Under the pieces are notes generated by a model. That model was not told the DNA's origin, made no database searches, and worked only from the letters and a program-made list of their open reading frames with translations. A stretch of 64,000 nt of DNA from an uncultured Chloroflexia bacterium (GTDB lineage Bacteria > Chloroflexota > Limnocylindria > Limnocylindrales > CSP1-4), in NCBI GenBank assembly GCA_963828165.1, contig CAWHDR010000001.1, forward strand, positions 2,528,001 through 2,592,000, given 5' to 3'. Positions 52,961-63,514 of this stretch are shown here, in pieces (position 1 is the stretch's first letter; each line of letters opens with the position of its first letter). The translations under genes and the position numbers were made by a program.

Positions 52961-54149
52961 CGGCCCCGGGCGAGACACGGCCCCCGGCGACGACACGGCC
53001 CCCGGCGGGAGCGTCGCGAGCCAGGAGCGGGTCCGCGCCCTGCCACCCATCGTCGTCCTGCTCGGCGGTCCGTCGGCCGAACACGATGTCTCGATCGTCT
53101 CGGGCACTGCCATCGCGACCGCCCTCGCCGACGCCGGCGCGAGCGTCTCCCAGGTCCTGATCGGCCTCGACGGCGCGTGGTGGTGGCTCCCCGCCGACCA
53201 CCGCCGCGACGACAGTTCCGCGGCGGCATACGACGATCCGGAGGCGCTTGGCGGCGAGGGACCGGTCGCCGTGGGCGCCGCCCTCGACCGGCTCGCAGCG
53301 ATGGATCCGCGACCCGTCGTGGTGATCGGACTCCATGGGCCCTTCGGGGAAGACGGCACGATCCAGGCGCTGCTCGATGCCGCCGGGCTCGCCTACACGG
53401 GATCCGGCGTCGCGGCCTCCGCGCTCGGGATGGACAAGGCCCTGTTCAAGCGGATGTGCCGCGGCCTGGGCCTCCCCGTGGTCGACTGGCGCGAGGTTCC
53501 CGCCCGACGGTGGGCCGCGGACCGGGCGGCCGTGGAAGGCGAGATGGCCGCGTTCGCGGCCGGTGGGGCGGACCCGCGCCTGATGGTCAAGCCCGCCGGC
53601 CTCGGCAGCTCCGTGGGCATGACCCTCGTCCATCGACCCGACGAGCTCGGCGTGGCGATCGATCTCGCCCTGCGCTACGACACGGTCGCCGTCGTCGAGA
53701 CGTACGTGCCCGAGGCGCGCGACCTCGAGGTATCGGTCATCGGCAACGACCACGCCCATCTCGAGATCTACGGCCCTGGCGAGATCGTCAGCGGCAACGA
53801 GTTCTATGACTATGCCGCGAAGTACACACCCGGCTTGTCGGAGACATCGACCCGCGCCGAGGTGGACGACAGGACGCGGGCGAGCATCCACAAGCTGTCG
53901 CGCGACGTCTACCGCGCGATCGGCGCGGAGGGTTTCGCCCGGATCGACTTCCTGGTCGCTGGCGACCGGATCATCGTGTCCGAGATCAACACGATCCCGG
54001 GTTTCACGCCGATCAGCCTGTTCCCGACGATGCCGAGCGAGGGCGGCTACACCTTCACGGACGTGTGCGTCCGGATCGTGGAGCTGGCCCTGGAGCGCTT
54101 CGCGGCCCGGCCGGAGACACACCTGCAGACGACCGACCTGCCCCGATGA
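52957..54149 (+). CDS. ddl: D-alanine-D-alanine ligase (apparent 1-bp deletion near 52973)
   Basis: GGPSAEHDVS, LHGPFGEDG, MDK, GSSVG, FYDYAAKY and EINTIPGFT motifs. The coupled ATG at 52957 is out of frame inside an 18-bp tandem repeat. Confidence 0.93.
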
Positions 54150-55042
54150 ATCAGCGCCCGCCGGCCCGCCGGGCTCCGCCGGCTCGACCAACGACGCGCA
54201 AGCCACATACCGAATCGCCCATCCGCCGGACGCGAACGGTGCGGCGTGCCTCAGCGGGCCTGTCACCGGTCCGGGCAGGCGCGATCCTCGTGATGCTGCT
54301 GTCTGCCGGTGCCGCCTACGGCGTCGGGAACGCATCGGCATTCTCGTTCGGACACATCGTCCTCGAAGGGGCAGCGTTCACGGACCCCGAAGCCATCGAG
54401 AGTGCCCTCGACGACGTCCGCGGCGCGAACCTGTTCGGGTTGCGCACGGCCCCGCTCGAAGCCGACCTGCGCGAGCTGCCGACGATCCGGGGCGCCGAGG
54501 TCAGCGTCCGCCTGCCGGACAGCCTCGTCGTCCGCGTCGAGGAGCGCACGCCGATCCTCGTCTGGCGGGTGGGGGCCAGACGCTACCTCGTCGATGCCGA
54601 CGGCCGCCTCTTCGCACGGCTGGGTGAGGACGAGGCTCAGACCGCCGATGCTGCCGCCCTGCCGGTCGTGGAGGACCGTCGTGCCACCTCGGCCGGCCTG
54701 TCGGTCGGTAGCAAGCTCGAGGCCGTCGATCTCGATGCCGCCACCCGACTCGCGTCGCTGAAGCCGGCAGATGTCGGCAGCGAAGCGAAGAGCCTGAGCG
54801 TCGTCGTCGGCGATGCGAACGGCTTCATCGTCCGGGCGCGCCCCGATGACTGGTCGGCCGTGTTCGGCTTCTACACGCTCAGCCTGCGCACCCCCGAGCT
54901 GATCCCGGGACAGGTCCGCCTGCTGCGCAGCCTGCTCATCGGGCGCGAGCCGCTGATCGACAAGGTCATCCTCGCGTCCGAGACGGACGGCACCTACACC
55001 GTCAAGCCGACACCCCGTCCCAGCGCGACCCCCGCGCCGTGA
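54146..55042 (+). CDS. ftsQ: cell division protein FtsQ/DivIB
   Basis: Basic N-terminus, TM helix and POTRA domain (VSVRLPDSLVVRVEERTP); expected position. Confidence 0.85.
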   Translation: MNQRPPARRAPPARPTTRKPHTESPIRRTRTVRRASAGLSPVRAGAILVMLLSAGAAYGVGNASAFSFGHIVLEGAAFTDPEAIESALDDVRGANLFGLRTAPLEADLRELPTIRGAEVSVRLPDSLVVRVEERTPILVWRVGARRYLVDADGRLFARLGEDEAQTADAAALPVVEDRRATSAGLSVGSKLEAVDLDAATRLASLKPADVGSEAKSLSVVVGDANGFIVRARPDDWSAVFGFYTLSLRTPELIPGQVRLLRSLLIGREPLIDKVILASETDGTYTVKPTPRPSATPAP

Positions 55043-55081
55043 TAGCCTTGCCGAAACCCGCTGAGCGAGGACGTCGACCAC

Positions 55082-55405
55082 GTGCTGTTACCCCTGCTCG
55101 GGCTCCTCGTGGGCGTCCTGGCAGGGCTCGTCCTCAACATCAACGTCGGCTTCGAGCTCAGCCGCTACTCGGCCGTGGCGATCCTCGCCGCGCTCGATTC
55201 GGTGCTCGGAGCGGTGCGGGCGGAGCTCGATGGGGTCTACGACAATCGCATCTTCATCAGTGGCTTTCTGGTCAATGCGATCATCGCGGTCCTGTTGACG
55301 TTCATCGGCGACCGGCTCGGCCTGGACCTGTACCTGGTGGCCCTCCTCGCCTTCGGCCTGCGCATCTTCGATAACGTGGCGCTCATCCGACGCCACTTCC
55401 TCTAG
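55082..55405 (+). CDS. small basic family protein (Sbp/DUF1290)
   Basis: YSAVAILAALDSVLGAVRA and GDRLGLDLYL...FGLRIFDN motifs. Confidence 0.88.
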   Translation: MLLPLLGLLVGVLAGLVLNINVGFELSRYSAVAILAALDSVLGAVRAELDGVYDNRIFISGFLVNAIIAVLLTFIGDRLGLDLYLVALLAFGLRIFDNVALIRRHFL

Positions 55406-55420
55406 GAGACCAATCGAACG

Positions 55421-56653
55421 GTGGAACGAGAAGCGGTCCTCGTCGGCATCGACGTCGGCACCAGCAAGGTCTGCGCGCTCATCGGCGAGGTGAGTCGCGA
55501 CGGGCGCCTGACGATCATGGGCCATGGGACCGTCCCGGCGTCCGGCCTCAAGAAGGGCGTCGTCATCAACATCGACCAGACCGTCCGCTCCATCGCGGAC
55601 GCGGTCGAGCGCGCCGAGCGCCTGTCGGGCTGGAAGATCGACCGCGCCTTTGTCGGAGTCGGCGGGCAGCACGTCGAGAGCCTCAATTCGCCGGGCCAGG
55701 TCGCCGTCACGGGCCACCACCGGGAGGTCGCGCGGGAGGACGTCAACCGGGCGATCGAGGTCGCGCGGGCCGTGCCGATCCCGTCGAACCGCGAGGTCCT
55801 CCATGTCGAGCGGCGCGGGTTCAGCGTGGACGGCCAGGAAGGCGTCAAGGATCCGTTGGGCATGAGCGCGTTGCGGCTCGAGGTCGAGACCCACATCGTC
55901 ACGGCCTCGGCGACCGCGGTCCAGAACCTCTCGAAGTGCGTGGCCGCGGCAGGCGTGAAGATCGATGAGCTCGTGGTCAACTCGCTGGCCTCCGCGGACG
56001 CCGTGCTCAACGAGACCGAGAAGGAGCTCGGCGTGGCCGTCGCGGACATCGGCGCCGGCACCATCGATCTCGCGTTGTTCCAGGAGGGCTCGCCGTTCCA
56101 CACCCGGGTCCTGCCGGTCGGCGGCAACAACGTCACCAACGACGTGGCGATCGGGCTCAAGACGTCGCTGGCGGTCGCCGAAGAGCTCAAGATCCGGCAC
56201 GGTTCGGCCGACCTCAAGGCGGTCAGCGAGGACGAAGAGATCAGCGTCAGCGTCCTCGGCGAAGAGGCGGGGCGGACGGTCAGCCGGCTCGAGGTGTGCC
56301 AGATCATCGAGGCGCGGATGCGCGAGACGTTCGAGCTGCTGCGCAATGAGATCCGGGCCGCAGGGGTGCGACAGCTGCCGGCCGGCATCATCCTGACCGG
56401 CGGCGCCGCGCAACTGTCGGGGATCGCCGAGCTCGGCCGCGAGGTCCTCGAGATGCCGGTCCGGGTAGCCGGTCCGACGAACATCGGCGGACTCGTCGAC
56501 ACCCTGCTGACACCGGCCTACAGCACGGGCGTGGGGCTGCTGCAGTGGGGAGCGACCACGCTCGGCGGCGGGGAGCCGCTGCGCTACGAGTCGGCGCCCG
56601 CGATGGGCGGCCTCGGCCGGATCCGCGATGCGCTCCGGAGCATCTTTCCTTAG
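55421..56653 (+). CDS. ftsA: cell division protein FtsA
   Basis: GIDVGTSKV, DIGAGT, VGGNNVTND and LTGG motifs. Confidence 0.96.
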   Translation: MEREAVLVGIDVGTSKVCALIGEVSRDGRLTIMGHGTVPASGLKKGVVINIDQTVRSIADAVERAERLSGWKIDRAFVGVGGQHVESLNSPGQVAVTGHHREVAREDVNRAIEVARAVPIPSNREVLHVERRGFSVDGQEGVKDPLGMSALRLEVETHIVTASATAVQNLSKCVAAAGVKIDELVVNSLASADAVLNETEKELGVAVADIGAGTIDLALFQEGSPFHTRVLPVGGNNVTNDVAIGLKTSLAVAEELKIRHGSADLKAVSEDEEISVSVLGEEAGRTVSRLEVCQIIEARMRETFELLRNEIRAAGVRQLPAGIILTGGAAQLSGIAELGREVLEMPVRVAGPTNIGGLVDTLLTPAYSTGVGLLQWGATTLGGGEPLRYESAPAMGGLGRIRDALRSIFP

Positions 56654-56725
56654 CCGCATGGCTCGCAGGGTCGTCGCCTCCGCCTGCGGAGGGACTCCGG
56701 CGCCAGACCGGAGCGTCGCGGTGGC

Positions 56726-57139
56726 ATGAATACGCGGGAGCTCACGGTCCGGACTGGTTCCGCGCGTGGCGTGGCCGACTTGACCGCGGCCTGCACGGCG
56801 TTCCTCGGGGACATCGGCGCGGGTGACGGCCTGCTCTCGATCTTCGTGCCCCACGCGACCGCCGGGCTCGTCATCGTCGAGATCGGGGCCGGGTCTGACG
56901 ACGACCTGCTGGACGCGCTCGATCGGCTGTTGCCACGCGAGGAGCGCCTGTACCGGCACCGTCATGGCTCACCGGGTCACGGCGCCGATCACGTCCTGCC
57001 GCTGCTGGCGCCGCCGACGCTGACGGTCCCGGTCATCGACGGGGGCATGGCCCTTGGGACGTGGCAGTCGATCTGCCTGCTGGACCCGAACGCGGACAAC
57101 ATGGATCGGACGGTCCGACTGAGCTTTCTGCCCGGCTGA
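56726..57139 (+). CDS. YjbQ/UPF0047 family protein
   Basis: PHATAG, YRHRHGSPGHGADH and LGTWQ motifs. Confidence 0.9.
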   Translation: MNTRELTVRTGSARGVADLTAACTAFLGDIGAGDGLLSIFVPHATAGLVIVEIGAGSDDDLLDALDRLLPREERLYRHRHGSPGHGADHVLPLLAPPTLTVPVIDGGMALGTWQSICLLDPNADNMDRTVRLSFLPG

Positions 57140-57342
57140 TCCGGCTCCCGGCGGAAGACCTCGGTGCCCCGACGCACCGTCCGGCCGTTCGCGGGCCAGC
57201 TTCTCGTCCCCACCCGTTGCGGGTCGGCGCTATACTCCCGCCCAACCCCAAGCCGATCCGGCCGGATGACTGCCCTGCCGGGTCCCGACGCACCGCCACA
57301 CGTCGTCGCCCATGACCCCGAGGGTCGCCGGAGGAATACCTG

Positions 57343-58578
57343 ATGCCGTTGCGTTCCGATTCCGAGAACTTCGCGCTGATCCGCGTCATCGGCGTCGGCG
57401 GGGGCGGCAGCAATGCCGTCAACCGGATGATTCGCGCCGAGATGATGGGCGTCGAATTCATCGCCTGCAACACGGACGCCCAGGCGCTCCTGCAGTCGGA
57501 CGCGCCGCACAAGATCCGGATCGGCGACAAGGTCACACGCGGTCTCGGTGCCGGCGGCGACTCGCAGCTGGGCCAGCGCTCCGCGGAAGAGGACTCGGAG
57601 AAGATCGCGGCCGCACTGGCGGACTCCGACATGGTGTTCATCACCGCGGGTCTCGGTGGCGGGACCGGGTCAGGTGCCGCGCCGGTCGTCGCGCAGATCG
57701 CCAAGGACGCCGGCGCCCTGACGATCGGTGTCGTGACGAAGCCGTTCGCGTTCGAGGGCAACAAGCGAAAGCTCGTCGCTGAGAAGTCCGCCGAGGAGCT
57801 CAAGGCGCAGGTCGATGCGCTCATCACGATCCCGAACGACCGGCTCAAGGACGTCGTCCAGAAGAACACGAGCATCCTCGATGCGTTCCGGGTCGTCGAC
57901 GACGTGCTGCGCCAGGGCGTCCAGGGGATCAGCGACATCATCACGATGCCGGGCCTGATCAACCAGGACTTCGCCGACGTCCGCGCGATCATGAAGGACG
58001 CCGGGTCCGCGCTGATGGGTATCGGTCGGGCGACGGGCGAGAACCGCGCGGTCGAAGCCGCGCAGCAGGCGATCGCCAGCCCGCTGCTCGAGCTCGACAT
58101 CCACGGCGCGCAGGGCATCCTCTGGAACATCACCGGCTCGTCGAACCTGTCGCTCTACGAGGTCAACGAGGCGGCCGAGGCCATCAAGGAGGCCGCCGAC
58201 CCGGAGGCCAACATCATCTTCGGGACGAGCTTCAACGAGCGTCTGGGCGAAGAGGTCATGGTCACGGTCATCGCGACCGGCTTCGACGGCGGCAAGAAGC
58301 GCCAGTCGGTCCATCGCGAGTCGACCGGGGTCATGGACACGTCGAGCACCGGCCGCGCCTCGCACGAGCGTGACTTCCTCGAGGAGCTCCAGCGCCAGCG
58401 CCAGGAGGTCACCGACGGCAGCAGCCCGTTCACGGCTCCGGAGCGCGAGGACGAGACGGCCGCGCTCGCGTCCGTGCCGCGCGTCGAGCGGAGCGTCGGG
58501 GAGCCCGCCCCGGTGCGCCACCAGACGACCTACGACGCCGACGATCTCGAGATCCCGAGCTTCCTGCGCCGCAAGTGA
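57343..58578 (+). CDS. ftsZ: cell division protein FtsZ
   Basis: [26 protein letters not shown] and C-terminal LEIPSFLR motifs. -10 TATACT at 57231. Confidence 0.98.
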   Translation: MPLRSDSENFALIRVIGVGGGGSNAVNRMIRAEMMGVEFIACNTDAQALLQSDAPHKIRIGDKVTRGLGAGGDSQLGQRSAEEDSEKIAAALADSDMVFITAGLGGGTGSGAAPVVAQIAKDAGALTIGVVTKPFAFEGNKRKLVAEKSAEELKAQVDALITIPNDRLKDVVQKNTSILDAFRVVDDVLRQGVQGISDIITMPGLINQDFADVRAIMKDAGSALMGIGRATGENRAVEAAQQAIASPLLELDIHGAQGILWNITGSSNLSLYEVNEAAEAIKEAADPEANIIFGTSFNERLGEEVMVTVIATGFDGGKKRQSVHRESTGVMDTSSTGRASHERDFLEELQRQRQEVTDGSSPFTAPEREDETAALASVPRVERSVGEPAPVRHQTTYDADDLEIPSFLRRK

Positions 58579-58611
58579 CCGACGCCGGCGACGGCCGGCT
58601 CCCGCGCTGAC

Positions 58612-59367
58612 ATGACCGAGCGATCGGACGCCGGCGTCACGGCACTCGCGACGGCACGCGCCGACGTGCTGGCACGCATCGCCGCAGCTTGCGAACGGGT
58701 CGGACGATCGCCCGCCGACATCACCCTGGTCGCAGTCTCCAAGACGGTCGATGCCGCCCGGCTGCGCGATGCCGTGGCCGCCGGTCTCACGCTCCTCGGC
58801 GAGAATCGCGTCCAGGAGGGCGCCGCCAAGGCCGCCGACGTCCCCGGTGCGCGCTGGCACCTGATCGGCCCCCTGCAGTCCAACAAGGCGCGCCGGGCAC
58901 TCGAGGTGTACGAGGCCATCCAGTCGGTCGAATCCGTCGGGCTGGCGGAACGGCTCGACCGGCTTGCGCGCGAGGTTCGCGAGGCAGGTCCCCAGGATCG
59001 CTATCCGATCCTGCTCCAGGTCAACGTCGACGACGACCCGGCCAAGGCCGGCTTCCAGCCGGACGCCCTGCCCGAGGCGCTGCGACGCATCGCCGCGCTC
59101 GACGCACTTGATGTACGTGGCCTCATGACGATCGGGCGACTGGTCGAGCGAGCGGAGGCGGCCCGTCCCACCTTCGCCGCCCTGCGCGGCCTGTCCGAGC
59201 GCCTGCGTATGGGCGGTGGGTCGCTCGGGCCGGACCTGTCGATGGGCATGACCGACGACTTCGAGGTCGCGATCGAGGAGGGGGCGACGATCGTCCGTGT
59301 CGGCCGGGCGCTTTTCGGGGAGCGGCCACATCAGCACGGCGGCGGCCCGGTCGACCACACGCATTGA
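58612..59367 (+). CDS. yggS: YggS family PLP homeostasis protein
   Basis: VAVSK, GENRVQE, HLIGPLQSNK and LSMGMTDD motifs. Confidence 0.93.
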   Translation: MTERSDAGVTALATARADVLARIAAACERVGRSPADITLVAVSKTVDAARLRDAVAAGLTLLGENRVQEGAAKAADVPGARWHLIGPLQSNKARRALEVYEAIQSVESVGLAERLDRLAREVREAGPQDRYPILLQVNVDDDPAKAGFQPDALPEALRRIAALDALDVRGLMTIGRLVERAEAARPTFAALRGLSERLRMGGGSLGPDLSMGMTDDFEVAIEEGATIVRVGRALFGERPHQHGGGPVDHTH

Positions 59368-59418
59368 GGCGGCGCCGCAGGAACGATGCCCTGACCCTCG
59401 TACGGTAGACTCGGGCTC

Positions 59419-59664
59419 GTGGGTACGAGCTTCCTCGCGAACTTCCTCCAGTTCCTGTTGATCGCGCTCTGGGCCCTCGTCCTTGGGCGGATGCTCATGT
59501 CCTGGGTGGACCCGACCGGGCGCAACCAGATCTCGATGTTCCTCTTCCAGGCGACCGAGCCCATCCTGGCGCCGGTCCGGCGGATGCTGCCCCAGAGCGG
59601 GATGATCGACTGGTCGGGGTTCATCGTGTTGATCGTCCTCGGCTTCCTGTGGCGCGCCTTCTGA
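59419..59664 (+). CDS. YggT family membrane protein
   Basis: MLMSWV, TEPILAPVRR and IDWS motifs. Confidence 0.9.
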   Translation: MGTSFLANFLQFLLIALWALVLGRMLMSWVDPTGRNQISMFLFQATEPILAPVRRMLPQSGMIDWSGFIVLIVLGFLWRAF

Positions 59665-59665
59665 T

Positions 59666-59947
59666 TTGAGCTCCCCCGACGTCCGCTTCGCCGTCCGCCT
59701 CACTCCGAGGGCCGCGGCCGACCGCGTCGATGGCGTCGTGAACGGGGTCCTACGAGCACGCGTCGGGGCACCGGCGGTGGAGGGGGCGGCGAACAACGCC
59801 CTCATCCGGCTCATCGCCGACGAGCTCGGGGTCTCCCGGCGGGACGTTCGGATCGTGGCGGGTGCCTCATCGCGGCAGAAGCTGCTGGTGGTCGACGGCG
59901 GCGATCCGGATGCCATCGTCGCCCGGTGGCCCGGGCTGAACATCTGA
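59666..59947 (+). CDS. DUF167/YggU family protein
   Basis: VRLTPRA, APAVEGAANNAL and GASSRQK motifs. Confidence 0.88.
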   Translation: MSSPDVRFAVRLTPRAAADRVDGVVNGVLRARVGAPAVEGAANNALIRLIADELGVSRRDVRIVAGASSRQKLLVVDGGDPDAIVARWPGLNI

Positions 59948-59988
59948 GGGGGGTCGGGTATCATCGGCCGGTCGTCGCAGGACGGCCC

Positions 59989-60065
59989 GGGCGATTAGCT
60001 CAGTTGGTCAGAGCGTACGGTTCACATCCGTAAGGTCACTGGTTCGAGCCCAGTATCGCCCACCA
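59989..60065 (+). tRNA. tRNA-Val (CAC)
   Basis: GGGCGAT/ATCGCCC acceptor stem, TACGG-TTCACAT-CCGTA anticodon arm and encoded CCA. Confidence 0.96.
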
Positions 60066-60247
60066 AACCGTCATGGATCGCGGGGCCTTCTGGGGCACGC
60101 GGCCGGTCAGCTGCTCGAGACGGGGCACGGTCGTCACATCGGACGGATCCTTACCGAGCTCGACACGTAGCGACCAGGTCCACCCGAGGACCTCGTCGAT
60201 CTGAGCGGCCGAGCGGGTGGGGCATGGAAGCGACCCGCGTCGCGGTC

Positions 60248-61123
60248 CTAGCCTTCCAGGACCTCTCGCAGCTTCGCCGCGAAGGCTTCCGGCTCGCCGG
60301 GCGGCTGCCCGTACTCGCCACCCATGAACCCGCTATGGCCGCTCGGGAAGATCACCGGCTCCGTGCCGAGTCGCTGGGCTACGGCCAGCGTGCCGCGGCT
60401 CGACATGATGCCCTCCGACTCGACGCCCGCCGCCATGACGATCCTGGTCGAGGCCGCCCGGAGCGCCTCGAAGTCGGGTTCGTAGTGCGTCGTGCCGATG
60501 ATCGTCTGGCCCATCAGCGGATCGGTGCGGTTGCCGTCATCCTGGGTCGGCATCCCGAACATGGCCGGGTCGGGCGCCGGCTGCTGCGCGATGTCGTTGG
60601 GGAACTCGCCCTGATGGCTGACGATGGCGATGAAATGGGCCATGCCGGCGCCGAAGCCGTCGCGCATGTAGGTGTCGTGCACCGCGCGGGCGGCTGCCAG
60701 CGCGTTCTCTCGATCGGGCAGCACGGTGGCGAGCGGAGGCTCGTGGGCCACCAGCGTTCGGACGTCCTCCGGATGCTTCGCGACCAGCGCAAGCGCGTTC
60801 ACGGCACCACCGCTGCTGGCGAACAGGTCGACTGGCCCACCAACCTCCTGGATGATCCGATGCAGGTCGTCGGCGTGCTCGTCCGGCGTCGACTGCGACG
60901 TCATGTCGGGCTTCGTGCTGCGGTCGGACCCGCGAACGTCGTACGTGATGATCGTCCGGTCGGGGAATTGCTTGCTGAGGCTGCCGAACCCGGCGGCACC
61001 CATCGGCGAGCCGATCAAGAACAGGGGCGGCTCGGTGCTCGAGTCATTGGGTCGCACGTCGTAGGTCAGCGTCGCGCCCGGCACGTCGAGGGTGCGGGTC
61101 GTCGCTTCGGTCACGGTCGTCAT
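60248..61123 (-). CDS. alpha/beta fold hydrolase
   Basis: YDVRG, FASSGGA nucleophile elbow, AHEPP and SGH motifs. Confidence 0.88.
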   Translation of the reverse strand: MTTVTEATTRTLDVPGATLTYDVRPNDSSTEPPLFLIGSPMGAAGFGSLSKQFPDRTIITYDVRGSDRSTKPDMTSQSTPDEHADDLHRIIQEVGGPVDLFASSGGAVNALALVAKHPEDVRTLVAHEPPLATVLPDRENALAAARAVHDTYMRDGFGAGMAHFIAIVSHQGEFPNDIAQQPAPDPAMFGMPTQDDGNRTDPLMGQTIIGTTHYEPDFEALRAASTRIVMAAGVESEGIMSSRGTLAVAQRLGTEPVIFPSGHSGFMGGEYGQPPGEPEAFAAKLREVLEG

Positions 61124-61192
61124 GTCTCTCCTCGTGGTATCCGTTGGTTGGCTGTTCAGACTCCGCCGAGCCCGCGAACTCATCGGTCCGGG

Positions 61193-61699
61193 TCACGCCG
61201 AGCGGACCGCGTCCTCCGCGAGGATCGCGTCGATCTGGCCGACGGCCTGCTTCAGGCCCTCCTCCTGGCCCATGGCGAGGAGCTGCTCCATCGCCTCCGC
61301 GCTCGGGAACAGGTTCTCGATCGACATCCGGGTGCGTCCGTCGCCGATCTCCTCGATCCGCACGCGCATCTCCCCGGTCGGGAATTCGGTGTTCGGGGTG
61401 CCGTCGTCATTGGCGAAGCCGTCGCGGATGACGATGGAGTGGGGCCGATCGGCCTTGACGATGTCCCAGAACCCCCGCGGCTGGTCGCCCTCGGGGCCGG
61501 TCATGTGGTACTCCACGCGGCTGCCGGGTTCGAGACTGTGCTTGGTGAAGGTGGCGGGATAGGTCGGCGGACCCCACCAGCGCTCCAGCTGGCGCGGATC
61601 GGCCCAGAGTTGCCAGACGCGTTCCGGCGATGCCTCGAACTCCGCGTCGAGGGTCATGGTCAGAGCGTTCGGGTCCTTGCGGACGGCGGTCACGGTCAT
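61193..61699 (-). CDS. SRPBCC/Aha1 domain protein
   Basis: ASPERVWQLWADPRQLERWWGPP motif. Confidence 0.9.
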   Translation of the reverse strand: MTVTAVRKDPNALTMTLDAEFEASPERVWQLWADPRQLERWWGPPTYPATFTKHSLEPGSRVEYHMTGPEGDQPRGFWDIVKADRPHSIVIRDGFANDDGTPNTEFPTGEMRVRIEEIGDGRTRMSIENLFPSAEAMEQLLAMGQEEGLKQAVGQIDAILAEDAVRSA

Positions 61700-62031
61700 G
61701 CGTCGGTCTCCTTCGTTTCACTGACGAGCGCGGTCATCCGGTCGACCCGTCCTCGCCACAGCTCCTCGTATCGGTCGAGCAGCCGTCGTGCGACGGCAAG
61801 CCCGTGGACGTTGGTCCGGACGACCTTGCGGCGGCCGATCCGTTGCTTGCTGACCAGGCCCGCCCGCTCGAGCACGGCGACGTGCTTCTGCACCGCCGCG
61901 AAGCTCATGGCGTAGTGGCCGGCGAGCTCGGCGACGCCCTCCTCTCCGGAGATCGCCCGCCGGACGATGTCACGCCGAGTGGCATCAGACAGGGCGCTGA
62001 AGACGCGATCGATGTCCGGGGTGATCTGCAT
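61696..62031 (-). CDS. ArsR/SmtB family regulator
   Basis: FSALSDATRRDIV and MSFAAVQKHVAVLERAGLV motifs. Confidence 0.9.
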   Translation of the reverse strand: MQITPDIDRVFSALSDATRRDIVRRAISGEEGVAELAGHYAMSFAAVQKHVAVLERAGLVSKQRIGRRKVVRTNVHGLAVARRLLDRYEELWRGRVDRMTALVSETKETDA

Positions 62032-62033
62032 GG

Positions 62034-62067
62034 ATACAACCATACGGTTGTATGTAGGTCGTGTCAA
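62034..62067 (-). promoter_or_regulatory. leaderless promoter with a probable ArsR operator
   Basis: TTGACA-N17-TATGGT, 7 nt before the ATG. Palindrome ATACAACC-atac-GGTTGTAT at 62034-62053. Confidence 0.82.
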
Positions 62068-63326
62068 GGCGCGCGTGGCGCGGCCTCCTCGCGCGTGATC
62101 AGATCCCCGGACGACCGCTCTCGCCGCGCGAGGACGATGAACGGCAGCGATAGGGCCTGGACCCCCGCCGAGACGAGATACGACGGCCCGTAGCCGTAAA
62201 TATCGGCGACCCGGCCAAGCACCGGTTGGAAGACGACCCCACCGGTCGAGCCCATCAGCGAGTCGAACGACAGGACGGTCGCTCGTTGCGCGGACGGGAT
62301 GCAGCCGTTGATGAACGACTGCCGCAGCGGCCCTTCGATGGCGAAAACCAGGGCCCATCCGGTCAGCAGCGCAAGCGCGACGACGAAGCTGCCGGTGCCG
62401 CCGATCAGGACGAGGAACACGACGTTGAGGGCGCCCCCGATGAGCAGCGCGTCCGTTCGCCGCCGGAACAACCGTCGCGCCACGGGGACGAGGAGGCCGC
62501 CCAGGATCTGTGCGCCGGCGAAGATAGCCGCGGCAAGCCCCGCGACGCCGTACGCGCCCGTGTCGCCGTACAGCTCCAGCAGATACGGCTGGGCGGCGTA
62601 GAACGCGTAGAAGCCGACGCCACTCGTGAATGGGGCAGCCAGCATGAGCCAGCGCACGGGCGGATTGCGCCATCCACCGTCGATCGAGCCGCGTAGCACG
62701 CTCCGCACCTCGCTCACCGGGTCGGCACCGCGACGCGGGCTGAAGCCGATGTCGTGCATGAAGCGGGCGGCAACGATGAGCGTCACGCCGAGCATCGCGG
62801 CCCGAAGGATGTACGGGACGCCGAGGTCGGTCGCCTGCGCGACCACGCCACCAAGGACGGTCCCAACGAGCATCGCGGCACCGCTGACGGTCTGAGCCCG
62901 CCCGAAGACCGACTCGAGGCTGCCGCTGAACCCGGTCGCCCCGAGCGCATCGACGAGCCAGGCCTCCGTGGCGCCGGAGAAGAACGTGAAGCCGAGACCC
63001 AGCAGGATCGAGGCCAGCGCCCACCCGAGGAACGAGGCGTGGATCTGCCACATGGCGAGGTACAGGAGGGTGGAGGCCAACAGGGTCACCGTGCCGAGCA
63101 GGAACGAGAAGCGCCGACCGCGCGTATCGGCGACGACGCCAGTCGGCACTTCGAAGATGACCTGCCCCACTGCGAAGAAGGCATTCGCGGCGAACGCCTC
63201 GGTGTTGCTCAGGCCCGCGTCGAGCAGGAAGAGCGTGTTGATGCCCCAGATGAACGACGACGCCAGCGTGGTCAGGAGGGTGAGCACGAGATACGTGCGC
63301 TGGACCGTTCGGGCGTCAGTCGTCAT
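62064..63326 (-). CDS. MFS transporter
   Basis: About 12 TM helices; [15 protein letters not shown] and RATVLS motifs. Confidence 0.92.
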   Translation of the reverse strand: MTTDARTVQRTYLVLTLLTTLASSFIWGINTLFLLDAGLSNTEAFAANAFFAVGQVIFEVPTGVVADTRGRRFSFLLGTVTLLASTLLYLAMWQIHASFLGWALASILLGLGFTFFSGATEAWLVDALGATGFSGSLESVFGRAQTVSGAAMLVGTVLGGVVAQATDLGVPYILRAAMLGVTLIVAARFMHDIGFSPRRGADPVSEVRSVLRGSIDGGWRNPPVRWLMLAAPFTSGVGFYAFYAAQPYLLELYGDTGAYGVAGLAAAIFAGAQILGGLLVPVARRLFRRRTDALLIGGALNVVFLVLIGGTGSFVVALALLTGWALVFAIEGPLRQSFINGCIPSAQRATVLSFDSLMGSTGGVVFQPVLGRVADIYGYGPSYLVSAGVQALSLPFIVLARRERSSGDLITREEAAPRAP

Positions 63327-63387
63327 GGGTCGGAGAATCTACGCTCGGAAGCCGCGTCACGCCGCGACTGCCTTCCGCGTCGGATAG

Positions 63388-63455
63388 GCGAACGACAACG
63401 AAGACATCCTCCTCCGCGATGGAGCCCTCGGTCCTCCCCCGAGGGCTTCTTCGTG
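63388..63455 (+). ncRNA. candidate small RNA with two C-rich (CCUCC) hairpins
   Basis: CATC-ctcctccgc-GATG and GAGCCCTCGG-tcctccc-CCGAGGGCTT-cttcgt; ECF-like CGTCACG-N16-CGTC upstream. Confidence 0.4.
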
Positions 63456-63514
63456 TCCGGGCCGACCGAGGCGGACCGGCCGCCGCCCCGCCTGCCGCCA
63501 GCCGCCTCGTGACC

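Noticed and set aside
52958-53008. 18-bp tandem repeat (GACACGGCCCCCGGCGAC, about 3 copies) as a phase-variation switch for ddl
   Set aside because: The unit is a multiple of 3 encoding a TAPGDD linker. The frameshift is a single missing base, consistent with the other errors.
60066-60247. Integrative element or ORF after tRNA-Val (MDRGAFW...)
   Set aside because: No integrase or att repeat. The short ORF has no supportable homology; at most a remnant.
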